From the human T2T-CHM13v2.0 reference genome, Homo sapiens: DNA of 64,000 nucleotides. Shown here piece by piece: positions 39,757 through 52,851 of this stretch. The notes beneath the pieces are model-generated. The model had not been told where the DNA came from. It did no database searches and worked only from the letters and a program-made list of their open reading frames with translations. The position numbers and the translations under genes were made by a program. Within the stretch, counting starts at the first letter, position 1. Each line of letters opens with the position of its first letter. The DNA lies in the NCBI RefSeq assembly GCF_009914755.1, contig NC_060928.1; one strand, written 5' to 3'.

Positions 39757-42399
39757 TTACAATAGCCTATCCTATGTGCAGAGAACATGTGTGTGTGGAG
39801 GGCACGGGTGCAGATGCTCCGTGACTTCGCCATGGGTTTATCAGGACGTGGAATCATAAGTCCAGCCACCACAGGGCGGGGCCGTCTGCATATGGGTGCA
39901 CGTCTTCTCTACACATATAATACAACATGTACATGTATACACAACACACGTCTGATGAATGCAGTGAGGTGCAGTGTGAAATAGATGCTTCTGCAAAACT
40001 GTGAGGCACTAAGTGTCCTCAGCCCAAATAAATGTCCTTCGGAGCCACTGGGTGGATGTGGCCTCTCCGGAACTTCCTCCTCCCCACCCCTGTGGATGTG
40101 GCTTTTAGAGACACTCAGGGCTGCTCTGGTAGCGGCTGGATGAGGTGCTTTGTTCTTCAGCTCTCCTGGGCAGGGGACGAGGGCTCCCAGCGTTTTCAAG
40201 GGGAGGAGGTGCAATCCACTGCAGCTGAGAGCAGGGCCCCCATAAATCGGATCCTGGCTCTAAATGCTAATTGCTTGGTCTAAGGTGTTATTGATAGAGC
40301 CGGAGAGGGGAGCGAGGAGATTCATTATTTTGGATTTCAGTGGCTGCGGAGGGGAGGGTAGTGAGTGATGGATTAGAACGCAGCCCGTCTGCTGTGGAGT
40401 TCCGATTTATAGGCCCATAAAGCAGAGGCCGGTGGAGCCCAGGCACAGGCAGGCCGCTGAGCCTGTGTCCCACTTTGTACTCACAGCCTCGAGGCAACCT
40501 CCACTCATGACGGTGCCTCCTCGCTAGGGCCTCCTGGGACGCAGACCCTCCCACTCCCGCTGCCAGAGGCTGCTTCCGGGTGGGCCCTGTCACTAGTCAC
40601 TGAGGGTTCGCTGGGTGCTCTGCCCTGCAGGCTGGAGGCGCCCCCAGCAGCTAACAGGACCTTGGTGTGTGTCCCCATCTGCATGTCACTGTTTTCAAAG
40701 GGAAGCCAATCTGCTCCCACCTGCCTCCCACACCGCCCTGTAGATCCGCCACCCTGCATAGAGGGCGGTGCCCATGGAAATGGGAGGTGGGGCCCAGGGT
40801 TGAAGTGAGAGTGCCCAGGGAGGCATTGTGACTTGGAAAGTGGCTTCCTGGTTCTGCTTTTGTCCCCTTCCCTCCCTGCCAGACCCCATCTGCCATGTCC
40901 TGTCAGCAAGCCTTTTCATCTCCAGGAACCCCCAGTTCTCATCCAGAGGGGAGGGTTTTAATCAGTGCCCGAAGCCAGGGTCCAGGCCTCAACTATTGGC
41001 AGGGGATGGGGGTGGGAGGGTGACAGCTATGAATTTGAGAAAATAACACCATGAGTTCATTGTCATCCAACAAGCTGGGGGAGGGGCCGAGTCTCCTGGC
41101 TGTTGGCTTTGCTGTTCTGCCCCTTTTCCAGCCCATGGCAGCCCAGGGAGACTTCAGAGGCGCAGCCACTCTCCAAGGAAATCCCTGCCTGTGGCTTTAG
41201 TGAGAACCCCATCACACTGTCCCCATCTCCCCAGCTGGAGCGTCCTGGATTTAGTAAAATAAGCAGTTACAGCAGCCCCCAGCCCTGGACACCTCTCATG
41301 CTGGTGTTTGTTCAAGAAACAGAAAGAATGCAGTGAACCTGGGCAGCATTTACTCGTTAGGTTTTTCCGCAGATGCTCTCTGCGCATCGCCCCTGGGCCA
41401 AGCCTTGTATTGGGTGCTGCAACCACAGAGTCTAGCCAGACATGGCCCAGCCTTAGCAGAGGGCTGGCTGGAGAAGCAGGACCCCTGTGCCCGGTGGAGA
41501 AGAAGGGAAAGGGCATCCTGGGTGGTGGGTATGACAAGGGCAAAGACTCAGAGGTGGGAAACCACATGGCAGGACCCTGGATGGGTTGGGGACGGGAAAT
41601 TGAGTTCACTCCCCCAGTGTTTGATGAGAATAGCTCTGGCCATGCCCCGTGTGGGTGGGGTAGACTCAGGGGATGAGATGAGGGACCCGCAAAATTCTAC
41701 CTGGGCAGTCCCGTGGGACTACTATGAGAAATGGAAAGTGGGTCATGGAAGGCTTCCTGGAGGAGGTGACAGTGGGCAGAGGTGGTCTGCCCATTCCCTG
41801 AGCAAGTGGAGGAGGGCTGAGGCAGGGACTGGGGCCGAGAGGGAGGGAGCCCGAAGAAATTGGGGGCCTGTGCTAGCAGAGCATGTCACCAGGAAAAGGG
41901 GCCAAGGCCAGCAGCTTCAAAGCCTCAGCACCAAGTGACGTTGAATTATGGACGTCATTCAGTGTTAATCATGGTGATTATCATCAGCGATGAAAAAGGA
42001 CAAACACATCCCAGTAACAAGTCCAGCTCGTTAGCTTCCTGGGACTTGTCGACCCCCCTCGCGGTGCCAGAGCTGACACTTAGCTGCTGACAGTGTCATC
42101 CGCTCAACTCAGCAAACGTGCGCTACCAGCTGCCTGTCCTCCAGGCACCAGGCTCCATCCTGGGCCTGCAGGAAGAACCTGACAGTCTGTGCTTTGCCCC
42201 TACGTATGTCTGGGGGCAGCTGCTGGGTTTGATCAAAGCATCCTCATCTTCTCTCTGCCATCTCATGCTCCGTGAAATTCAAGCAGCCTCCTGCTCTTGA
42301 AGCTCCTCAGTTCCCTGTGAGCTGGGTCTTCCTTGGGGCCAAATATACAAGGTGCAAGACAATAGCACAGGGCGTCCGAAGCTGAGGCTGAGGCCCCGA

Positions 42400-43620
42400 G
42401 CTTTTTCAGTCACTTTCCCCATTACTAAAAAATATGGGATATGCACCCCTACTGTTTCTTTATTTACATATATATATATGATATTAACATACTCTGCTAG
42501 TATAATCTTTGTAAACATACACACAGTTTACACATTTTTTTAAATGAGCTCAAGATGAAATCATTTAATCATTTACGTTTAATCATTTAAACGTAAGTTT
42601 CTTTACGTGAATTTTTTTTGGAATTTAAACTGTAATATTAAGGCATATTAGTGAGAGCAATAAGATATTCAACACTGTCTTGTTTTTTGAGAACTTTCAT
42701 TCTTTGTGCTACAGCAAGACTTAGCCCATGTTAGTTTGCTTCAATACTTGATGCTCGTGGCCTTCAAAGATGAAAAGCATTCTGCACAAAGATGTGTAGG
42801 GTATGTGGGAGGAAGGGCTTGTTACCATCACTTCCTAAATCATCAGCATCATTTTTCAATTTCATTTAACAGGACTGCAAAATTTTATGTTGAAGTTCAG
42901 CTGCTACAGCTCCATCAATTGTCAATCAATTTTCTTGCAAACTCACTGAAAGGTGTTGCATTTTTAATGTTTTTAACACATTGGCTAACACATCTGAAGC
43001 CCCTTGGTTTGGAAGACTTTTAAAGAGGTTAAGAAATTTTTATTTCCAGGATTTTAAGGACTGCACGTTTGAGAGATTTTATAAGCGACGGACAACATTT
43101 CATAACATTGGAAATATTTCCAAACATCCATTTCTAAAGTGCCCCGTCATAGTCTAAATCCCTTTGGAAAGGAGAGCTTTTTCTCACTTATTATCAAAGT
43201 GGCTGTTGATCTTGAATGGACAAGCTGCGTGTGTTGCTGCTTTTTGAAAATGTAAGCTGAGTGGCAGACATGAGAACAGCCTGCCTTCAATTCCCATTCA
43301 GAACTTGCGTCTTTTGGTAAAAGAAAAATGCGCAATCCACCTTTGAGTTCAACAGCTCTTGAAAGCATATTGTTTATAAGATACTCCTCCAACTTCAACA
43401 AGCACACAAGATCCCTGCGGCATGATATCCAACTCATTTCAAAAGTCTCCTATTGAAAGGTGTTGTCTTCATAAAATTAGCCACTCCAGAGACATCCCTT
43501 TGCATACAAATGTTGACAGGTCCCAGTGGCAAGACCTCGGTTACTGTGTGGCAATGCAGGTAGACGGTGCCAATGTCAGTCTGGTTCCTAAGTAAAAGTA
43601 AAGGCAAAGGTTTCCTTATT
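42400..43620 (-). mobile_element. Decayed hAT-Charlie/Buster-type transposase coding remnant
   Basis: Minus strand gives NMLSRAVELKGGLRIFLL (cf. GKVLxRxxELxxExxxFL) and PTHLCAECFSSLKATSIKY*SKL (cf. hAT dimerisation motif TYLCExxFSxLxxxKTKYRxRL); AT-rich island. Boundaries approximate. Confidence 0.75.
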
Positions 43621-43630
43621 TTTCAGATAA

Positions 43631-43857
<227 letters not shown>

Positions 43858-44721
43858 TTAAGGAATTAGGACAAAAGGAGGGGTGAAGGGGAAAAATCTT
43901 TACACAGCACATAGGACTAGGGGCCAGAGGCCAGAGCCCCTGCCAGGCTACTCCCCTTTGTGCATCTTTAGGGTACACAGTGGACCCTGTGGCTTCAGTA
44001 CTTAACTTCAGGGGCTCCCCATGCAGGGTGAATAATTTCAAGTGGCTGTCCTGCGCCCACTGCCTCCCTGGCCTCCTCGCTGTGCTTGGGAAGCAGCAGG
44101 CCCATTCCTGCTGGCACACGCGTCCACTCAGGGTACTTGGTCCCAGAAATCCTTGGCTCTTCCTGAATGTCACCTTCTCAGAAGGCAGCCCTTGTGCACT
44201 GTCTAGAACCGTCCCCTCCTCCTCGTTTCTCCTGAGCCCTCTGGCATTGCTTTATTCTCTTCACAGCATTTGTCATTTTAGAAATTACCTTATTTGTATG
44301 TTTCCTTGTTCTCAGTCAGTTCCCCCCAGAAGCTCGAGCATCAGCTCAGAGAAGCGGGTTGGGTCCCGTGCGCCTTTGCGGCCCCAGGACGGGACTGTGT
44401 TCCCCACCCTCGGAGGTGAGGTGCAGCGAGGGTGTGGTCCCTTCTCCCACGGGATCACCTTGATGACTGGCTTCCCCTGTCACAGAGATGGACTGCAGTG
44501 AAGAGAGGTACTCCCTGAGAACAGCTTGCCTATTTACAGCCAAGTGCATTTTTTAACATAGAAAACAGGGAGTTGTTTACAGCCATGTCTTAGAGAGTGA
44601 TGACGTGTTCTTCCAGCTCTCGCCCCTGCCTTGCTTGGCATGGGATTGCCTGCCGTTTCAGCTACGTGTGTGTTATGCAGAATGTCAGGTCAGCGCAGCA
44701 GGTGGGACCATGCCTCGTTAA

Positions 44722-44838
44722 AGGAGAGAGACAGGGGGAAGGAGGAAGAGAGGGGAAGGAGGGAGGGAGAGAGGCAGGGAGGCAAGGAGGGAGGAAGGAA
44801 GGAAGGAGAGAAGGGAGGAAGGGAGGGAGAGAGAGGAG
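44722..44838. repeat. Polypurine (GGA/GGAA/GAGA)n tract
   Basis: Seen directly. Confidence 0.85.
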
Positions 44839-45434
44839 ATGGCTGAGTATTTACTGAGGAATCGGAGTGAAAAATCATAAGGAAGTCACCAGGGCAGGGC
44901 CTTTTAGGTCAACCCCCATGAGCAGGAGGAAGGGCGGCTCCTCTGACTGCATCTGTGGGGCTGCCTCATTCATCTGAAAGATGCCGTGTGGCATGCTGTC
45001 CCCAGGGATGACTTGAGTGAAGGAGCCACTGAGCAAGGCCTCTGTGTCTGTTAGCCCAGCTCCTCTTTACACCGCCCATTCTGCAGGGCAGAAAAGTCGC
45101 CATGTCCCGACTCCTGGGCCCTCCTGCAAGAGCACTCCAGATGCCTGAGAGCCCCATTGTCTCACCTCAGTGAAGGGGACAGAGAAATATCTTCAGAATA
45201 TGAGAGGGTCTCTGCTATGAGGACACTTGGTGAAGATCGGGGGACTGGCGGTGGGAGGACTGGGGCTCCACGTGGCCCTCTGGGCTTCATTGCCATAACC
45301 GGCATCCCTAGAACCTGGCCGCAGCCTGTTCAGTCCTCAGATGAGACTCTCCTCCTACTTCACCCATCCTGGCACTCTCTGGGCTCAGTTCCACAGAAAT
45401 ATACGAGCCGTGTGTGTAATTTTAATGTTCATTA

Positions 45435-45885
45435 ACCCTATTCAAAAAGTAAGGAGAAACAGCCAAAGTTGATTTTAGCAGTATATTTTATTTAACCCAG
45501 TATATCCAAAATATTATCATGTCAACAGATAATTAATGTGAAAATTATTGAGATCTTTTATGTCCTTTTTTCCATACTAAGCCTTTGAAATCCAGTGTAT
45601 AATTTAGCTGCATCTATATGTATAGATGCATATAGCTCTGAATTCAACTGCTACATTTTTATTGGGAATTACTTGTTCTATATTTAGATTTCATAACATT
45701 GACAGTTGTAAAAGTAGGTTCACATATACACATTGTTCCAAAGACACTTAAGTTTCGCAATAACAGTGCCAAGTATCAGTTTTTAAAATTAAATTTAAAT
45801 TAATTGAAACTAGAATGGTAGTACCCCAGTCACACTTTGAAGGCTTGATGACCACACGTGGCTGGGAGCCGCTGGACTGAACACT
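45435..45885. mobile_element. Charlie5/MER33-family hAT element
   Basis: ttaacccagtatatccaaaatattatcat...catactaagcctttgaaatccagtgt and terminal gaccacacgtggct...actgaaca motifs. Confidence 0.7.
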
Positions 45886-47558
45886 TGCTCCTGTGTCCTT
45901 GTTTACCCATGGCTTAGTGCTGACCGGTGTGTTTACGCATCAGGATCAGAGAGGTTAACAGATGTTCTTGTTGTTTCTTCTTTTCCAAGTTGAACCCAGG
46001 AGAAGGTCTGTGTCTGGCTATGAGAGGTTTAGGGTCCAATATTTGTAGTGGGCGAAGGAAGGTGAATTATCTGTTGTTTCTGTTTCTGTTCAGTAATTTG
46101 ACAACTGAATGATCTGAGTTCATAATTAAGAAATTAGTTTTTTGAAAGGGTCGGTTGATTCTTGAATTGATGAAGTTGGGACTGTCAGCTTTCTAGGAGA
46201 TGTCACATATCAGTGAACAAACAAGACTTCAGCAACTGGTGCACAGCTGTGTGTGTGAGGACGAGGAAGAGCTCCAATGGCAGAGTGTTCTTAGAAAGCA
46301 GGATTAATTAGCGTGCGAGGGAGAGAAAGGTCAACACCACTAACATTCTCCTTCTGACCAAAGCCATGTGCTCAGCTGAATTGCTGTTCCAGCAAAGACA
46401 AAGCCATGTTTCCTGGCCCCGGGAGTCATCGGGAGGCGTGGGTTGGCTGTGTAAAGTCAAAAGTCAGTAGGGATCTACTAATGAGCAATTGCTTCCTAAA
46501 GATAAGAGCACCCTTCCAGCAATCACTTTTAGAAGACCGTTTTCAAAAATGAGCTGATTCCATTAACTAATAGCATATCTTTGGATTTAGGAAAAGAAAG
46601 CGATAGGAAACGACAAAGCAAGTCACAACAGCCATCGAGTGCCTGCTAGAGCCAAGCCCTGTGGGACTGAGAAGGGGTTGGATTCACCCCTGTGTGCATC
46701 TTACTACAAAAGGTGACATTTGTGTTGGGTATTGAGGAATGAATAGGAGTTGGCTGGGAAAAGACCCAAAGAGCTGGTGCTCAAAGGCCTGTTGATCTAA
46801 GACGTGGTGACAGAGGGACACATGTGGAAGGTGTGGACGTGGAGAGGTGGTGAGGGAGAATGGAATGTGGAAAACGAAGCTACTGTGGGCGGGGAGGTTC
46901 CTGGAATGCCATGGTAGGGGGTTGAGAGTCTGTCATAGACAGCAAAGGGCTGCCTGCTCAAGCGGCCACAGGGGCCAGACAGGTGCTGTAAGAACTGGAG
47001 CCAGCCTGGCTCATGGCACATGAACTCATGCGTGCCCCACCCAGCGGACCACAGCAACTCAGTTCTATTCAATTTTACCATCTGGAAATGGGGCCGGGTT
47101 ATCGCAGTCTTCTGAGATTGCATGGGAAATGAGCAGGGTGGATATTCACGTGAAATGTCATGGTTGTTGAATCCCCATGAGGACAGATGTGGTCTTCTGG
47201 CCACCCCTCTGCCATGTTTATTAGAATTCGGCAAGGAGAGGTTTAGGCACAGTCCTGTCAGAGTTGAGTTCCTGTTTTAGAGAGATCACAGCTGCTGTGA
47301 CAAGAACGCTCATGTGGAGGGTGTGAGCTGGAGGTGGGTCCACATAAGGGAGTGTGAGGTTTGTCCAGAGCAGGGAGGGGAGAGAGGATGAAACTGATGG
47401 AAATAAGGAGAGGGTTCCTTAAAGACATGGCACATCTCTCAGCACCAGTTCCCTGGTGGGGAGACAGGTGAAGGCAGGTGGGTAGACAGGTAAAGCCAGG
47501 TGGGCAGACAGGTGAAGTCAGGTGATACAGGTATAGTCAGGTGGGTGTACAGATGGAG

Positions 47559-48164
47559 TCATATAGCATACAGGCGAAGTCAGCTAGTGCCATGGTTTGG
47601 AGAAGTCATATAGCATACAGGCGAAGTCAGCTAGTGCCATGGTTTGGAGAAGTTATGTAGCATACAGGTGAAGTCAGCTAGTGCCATGGTTTGGAGAAGT
47701 TATATAGCATACAGGCGAAGTCAGCTAGTGGATGGTTTGGAGAAGTTATATAGCATACAGGCGAAGTCAGCTAGTGCCATGGTTTGGAGAAGTCATATAG
47801 CATACAGGCGAAGTCAGCTAGTGCCATGGTTTGGAGAAGTCATATAGCATACAGGTGAGGTCAGCTAGTGCCATGGTTTGGAGAAGTTATATAGCATACA
47901 GGCGAAGTCAGCTAGTGCCATGGTTTGGAGAAGTCATATAGCATACAGGTGAAGTCAGCTAGTGCCATGGTTTGGGGAAGTTATATAGCATACAGGCGAA
48001 GTCAGCTAGTGCCATGGTTTGGAGAAGTTATATAGCATATAGGCGAAGTCAGCTAGTGCCATGGTTTGGAGGTCATATAGCATACAGGCGAAGTCAGCTA
48101 GTGCCATGGTTTGGAGAAGTCATATAGCATACTGGCGAAGTCAGCTAGTGCCATGGTTTGGAGA
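47559..48164. repeat. 47-bp VNTR, 13 copies (tYatatagcatacaggYgaagtcagctagtgccatggtttggagaag)
   Basis: Units counted directly, starting at 47559, 47606, 47653 and so on; very few substitutions or indels. Confidence 0.97.
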
Positions 48165-48550
48165 TGATTTGTCCCTGCCAAAACTCGTGTTGAAATTTGG
48201 TGACCAAAGTGGCCATGTTGGGAGGGAGGCCTAGTGGGAGATGTTAGGCTCATGAGGGTGGATCCCTCATGAATAGATTAATGTCCTCTCAGGATTGAGT
48301 TCTTGCTCTCTCAGAACCGGATTGGTTACCACGAGAGCAGGTTGTACCTTTCATGTTTGGTCTCTTTGCGAACGATCATTTCTACTTCTATTTCCACCAT
48401 GAGTTGAAGTAGCCTGAGACCCTTACCAGATGGGCTGCCTGATCTTGGATTTTCCAGTCACCATAATCATGAGCCAAATAAATCACTTTCCTTAATAAAT
48501 TACCTGGTGTCAGATATTCTGTTTATGGCAACACAAAATGGACTAAGACA
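48149..48550 (+). mobile_element. MST (MSTB-like) MaLR solo LTR
   Basis: tgccatggtttggagat..tttgtccctgccaaaactcgtgttgaaattt...ggatccctcatgaatagattaatg...agccaaataaa...acacaaaatggactaagaca (TG...CA termini). Confidence 0.9.
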
Positions 48551-50377
48551 GGTGGGCAGACAGGTGAAGTCAGGTGGGCAAATGAAGGGACTCTTGACCT
48601 AAAGTCCTTTGAAAGTTTTTCTGGTCACCTGCCAGCAGCTCTTGTCTGTCCCTGTGAATTACAACCAAATTATCCATCACAATTACTTCCAGTTAATTTG
48701 TCCTGCTAAGCCTGAGCCAGTTGATGAGTTTCCTTAATTTTGATCATTTGCTCAAGGGAACGTTTACTTCTTTTACATGTAAAGTGTGTCTAATGGCAAA
48801 CAAAGCCGAGAATGAGTGTTGAGTGCCTGCGCAGCTGGGGCAGGCCGCCTGGGCTGCAGTTCCAGTTTCATGACAGGCTTGTTCCCACCCCGACTTGACG
48901 GCTTTGACAGGTCACATGACCTCTCTGGGACTCAGTTTCCCCATCTGTAAAATAAAACACACGGAGGATTTGATCTTGTGGTTTCTCCCAGTTTTGGAAT
49001 TCTACTCAATTTCATTTCTGCAAATGTTAGTGATTGAAACCTTTCTGTTTGCTGGATAGAAGCCCACCTTATCCCTAAGTTTACTACTTCTCACTACTTC
49101 CGAGGTCTGGCTGTGGGTGGATGTCAGGGAGCTTCCACTTGTCTTCCCATGATGCCCCCTGCACACAAGTCTGTGCATCTCACAGACTGGGATGTGTGAA
49201 TGGGCAGATGGCTATAATTTCATTTCAGTATTTATGGAGGCTGGTAATGCCCACATGTCCTCTCTCTAGCTACCCCCAACACAAACCCATCAATCCCCAG
49301 ACTCACACTTGGGGCTGCCTTGGTTCCTAGGCTATATCACATACTTTTGTGTTTCTTCAATGAGAAAGTCTCTTAATCTGTCGTTATTTTTCCCATCCAT
49401 AAATAATGATGCATGGATCATTTTAATATATATTTGTATTATTATGATTATTTTAATTCTATTTCATAATAACCATATACTGAGTAGCTGAGTACCTACA
49501 AAATCCCATGCGCTGGGCTAGGCCACACCCACCCGTGTGTGTGTGTGCATGCACCTGTGTGCAATATCATCATAGTCTCACAGTATTAGGAGGTAGGTGT
49601 TATTAAATCCATGTATAGCTGAGCAAACTGAGGCTCAGAGAACTGATTCTCCCCCAAGATTCCATGGCCATCAAGTGGAGGAGCCAGGACTGGAACCCTC
49701 CCCTTGGTCCTCCGACCTCCTTTGGCTGCTCTCCTGGATTCTACTCATCTTGTAGGGCCTGGTTCAAGTATCCCTGAAGCCTCAGGGCCAGTAAGACATG
49801 GAATCAAGCCACTTCTGCTATCTTCTTTATCACTGACACTGAATGTACTTTCAGTGGGTGCTTGTTCTGCTCTGGGCCTTGTGTGAAGCATTCAGTGTGC
49901 AGAGGTGGATGAGATGTGTCCTGTGTTAAGGAGTCTGCCTTCTGTCAGAGATAAAAAACCTATGCACATCTGGGGCTCCTAGCACGTCAAGACACACAAT
50001 GCCAGGAAATTATACACGTAGAAAGAAGTCTTCTACCTAGAGGGATCCAGGAAGGCTTCCTGGAAGCAGAGGCAACTGTGCTCACAGTTAAGAGCTGGCA
50101 TGATGTGTTCATGCAGAGTGGAGTGAGTCCAGGCAGAGGGAAGGATGTGAGCATAGGCAAGGAAGTGGGGACATGCTTGGAGTCTGCAAGTAGATGTGTT
50201 TGTTTATGAGGGTATATAAATTGTAAATGGGTATTTGGCTAAAGCAATCACTGTACAGGCTATGTAGGCAAAACCCAGGCTTACTGCAAAACCTTTCCAA
50301 TTCATATAGTAACTTGTCATTTTCTACACAAATAGATAATGCAATACTTTTATTAACTGATAGAAATTGCTTTGCAC

Positions 50378-50680
<303 letters not shown>

Positions 50681-51075
50681 AGAAATTGTTTTGCATAGTG
50701 ATCTACTTTTATACAAAGTATTTATTGGCCTTTTAAAATTCCTCTCACAGAAAGTTTCAGGGATATATTAATGGTAACAATATTCTTACAGTAACAACAC
50801 TCCAAAAACAGTGTTTCACATCTACCTGTTTGGGAGCTACTATGGGCAGCAGCAAGCATCCCCTAAGAACAATGGAGCTGTCCTTGGGGGAGATGTGGGA
50901 AGAGTTTTGCAGGAGCAATGTGTGGCAAGAATATGAATCCTGAACCCTTGAGTAGGGAGAATTTCTTCCATCGTGTAAAAGTTAGACTAGTCAGAATGTG
51001 CATCTCAGTTTTAGGGGGTGAAAATCAATGGAGGAGTAAAAGTCTGACGAAAGTTTACTGGGAGGCCTCCCCCAA

Positions 51076-51125
51076 ATTATAATAATAGATATGCCCTGGG
51101 ATTATAATAATAGATATGCCCTGGG
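51076..51125. repeat. Perfect 25-bp tandem duplication attataataatagatatgccctggg x2
   Basis: Seen directly. Confidence 0.95.
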
Positions 51126-51169
51126 GTGTTTATTCTTTGTTTTATATACATTTTCTAAAATCCTTACAA

Positions 51170-51310
51170 CAATCTTATAAGGAAGACATGATGTCATCAT
51201 TTTACAGATGAGGAAACTGAGGCTCATAGAAGAAAGGTGGTTTGCCCAAGATTATGAAGCTAGAAAAGGTGCACCTGAGAAATGAAAAGTGATATGTCTA
51301 ATTCAAAAAC
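51170..51310 (-). mobile_element. MIR SINE fragment
   Basis: cattttacagatgaggaaactgaggctca...tttgcccaag core. Confidence 0.75.
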
Positions 51311-51842
51311 CTGCATATGTCCTTAATTTTTTTGAAAAAAAAAAGCTACAATAAGTTTTTTAATGAAAAAGGAAAAAGGGTATTAAAACTATGTACAGAA
51401 AAATATAAATTATAATATAAATTCTAATTAATACATGAAAAGAGGCTCAGCCTCACTCTTAATGAAAAACAACTATGTGTCATTTTTACTTTTTACATTG
51501 GCAAAAAAATACTAAGATAAATAATAATAATATCCAGTTTGGTGAGGATATAAGGAAATGAGCGTGCTTCTATTCATCTTATTGCATATATTGCTGTTAT
51601 TTTTAAAATAAAAAGTCCATGGCCTTTTGATCACAGACCACAGTAGACCCCATCCCAGACAAAAATCAAGGCGTATGTTACGCATGTGGCTGCTATGACA
51701 TCTGGGGTGGAGGAGGAGCCCCCGTTGTGAGTATGGTGGCAGGGGCGGGGGTACCTAACTGTAGCTAGGCCTGGTCATTTGAGGCCCAGCAAACTCCACC
51801 CAGGACAGGAGCCCTCACGCAGATTGGGTCTTGGCTGCTGTG

Positions 51843-51863
51843 GGTGCTGTCCGTGGTGCTGAC
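51843..51863 (-). promoter_or_regulatory. RE1/NRSE element (REST binding site)
   Basis: Minus strand GTCAGCACCACGGACAGCACC vs canonical TTCAGCACCACGGACAGCGCC (19/21; both half-sites intact with canonical spacing). Confidence 0.85.
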
Positions 51864-52319
51864 CTAGCTACGCCTCTCAGGTTGCTTAGGGTCCCCCACA
51901 GCTCTAGCCCAGCCCTCTGTACACAGTGTGGACTCTTGCTGCCAGAAACCCGTCCAGAGTCTGGATGCTAGGCCCTAGCTCTGCCCCAGTGCTTGCTCAT
52001 TAGAGACAACTAAAATATCAAAAAGCAGGTTACTCACCTGTAAATTTACCACCTAGAAATGGTGTTTTTAAATTTCTTAATATATCTCCTTCTTGTCTTT
52101 TTCTATATATCTTTATTTCATAGTCGAGACAATTTTATACTCTGAATTTTTATCATATAAGTATCTACCCACATTATCAGGAATGCTTTGTAAGCATCAT
52201 TTTAATGGCTTCAAAATAGTCTATGATTTAGATAACGATGATTTGGCCATTTTTGTGGTCACCTACCACTTATTGGAGACATATTATATTCTGAGAATAT
52301 TATGCCATTTATAGGCATT

Positions 52320-52490
52320 AATTCCAATATGCAAAAGAACTTTGAAATGAAGGCGTTATTATTCCCAATTTTACAGATGCTGAAACTGAAGCTCAGAGAG
52401 GTTAAGTTGCCCGAGGCCATACAGGACAATAGGGGCAAAGATGGTTTTGAATCAATGGATGTCTGACGACAAAGGCCATGATCTCACCAC
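52320..52490 (-). mobile_element. MIR SINE fragment
   Basis: ttattattcccaattttacagatgctgaaactgaagctcagagaggttaagttgcccgaggcc. Confidence 0.75.
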
Positions 52491-52636
52491 TGCACTGCAC
52501 TGTCTCCTGAAGCCCTTTGTGTGAAATGATTAAATACATCATGATTATGTCACACTTCACTTACCCTTCTCCAGGTAGTTGAACATCTGGATGATTTTAC
52601 ATCGTCAAATACAAGGTTGTTAACAATTAAAGGATA

Positions 52637-52851
52637 AAACAGGGTGCGGCCGGAAAGGCGGCCGCCCCCTCGCCCATCATGCAATGCACATTCGTGGGGA
52701 ACCTGGCGCTAAGCCATTCGTAGATGACCTGCTTCTGGCTCGGGGTTTCATATGTAGCAGAGCAGCTCCCTCGCTGCAATCTATTGAAAGTCAGCCCTCG
52801 ACACAAGGGTTTGTAAAAAAATAAATAAATAAAACAAAAAACAAAAAAAAG
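52637..52851 (+). pseudogene. Retrotransposed 28S rRNA 3'-terminal fragment (~178 nt) with A-rich tail (SINE28-like / LSU rRNA retrocopy)
   Basis: 52637-52814 matches the 28S 3' end (...gaacctggcgctaa..cattcgtag...gcagagcagctccctcgctgc..tctattgaaagtcagccctcgacacaagggtttgt); A-tail 52815-52850; TSD caattaaaggata at 52624-52636 and 52852-52864. Confidence 0.95.

Noticed and set aside
45609-45630. 10-bp palindrome tgcatctata-tg-tatagatgca
   Set aside because: Too short for a pre-miRNA and lies within an AT-rich hAT element.
47559-48164. CRISPR-like regular array
   Set aside because: Head-to-tail repeats with no unique spacers, no cas genes, primate context: a VNTR.
52637-52814. Functional rRNA gene
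   Set aside because: Only the last ~180 nt, CpG-decayed, with A-tail and TSD; it is a retrocopy.
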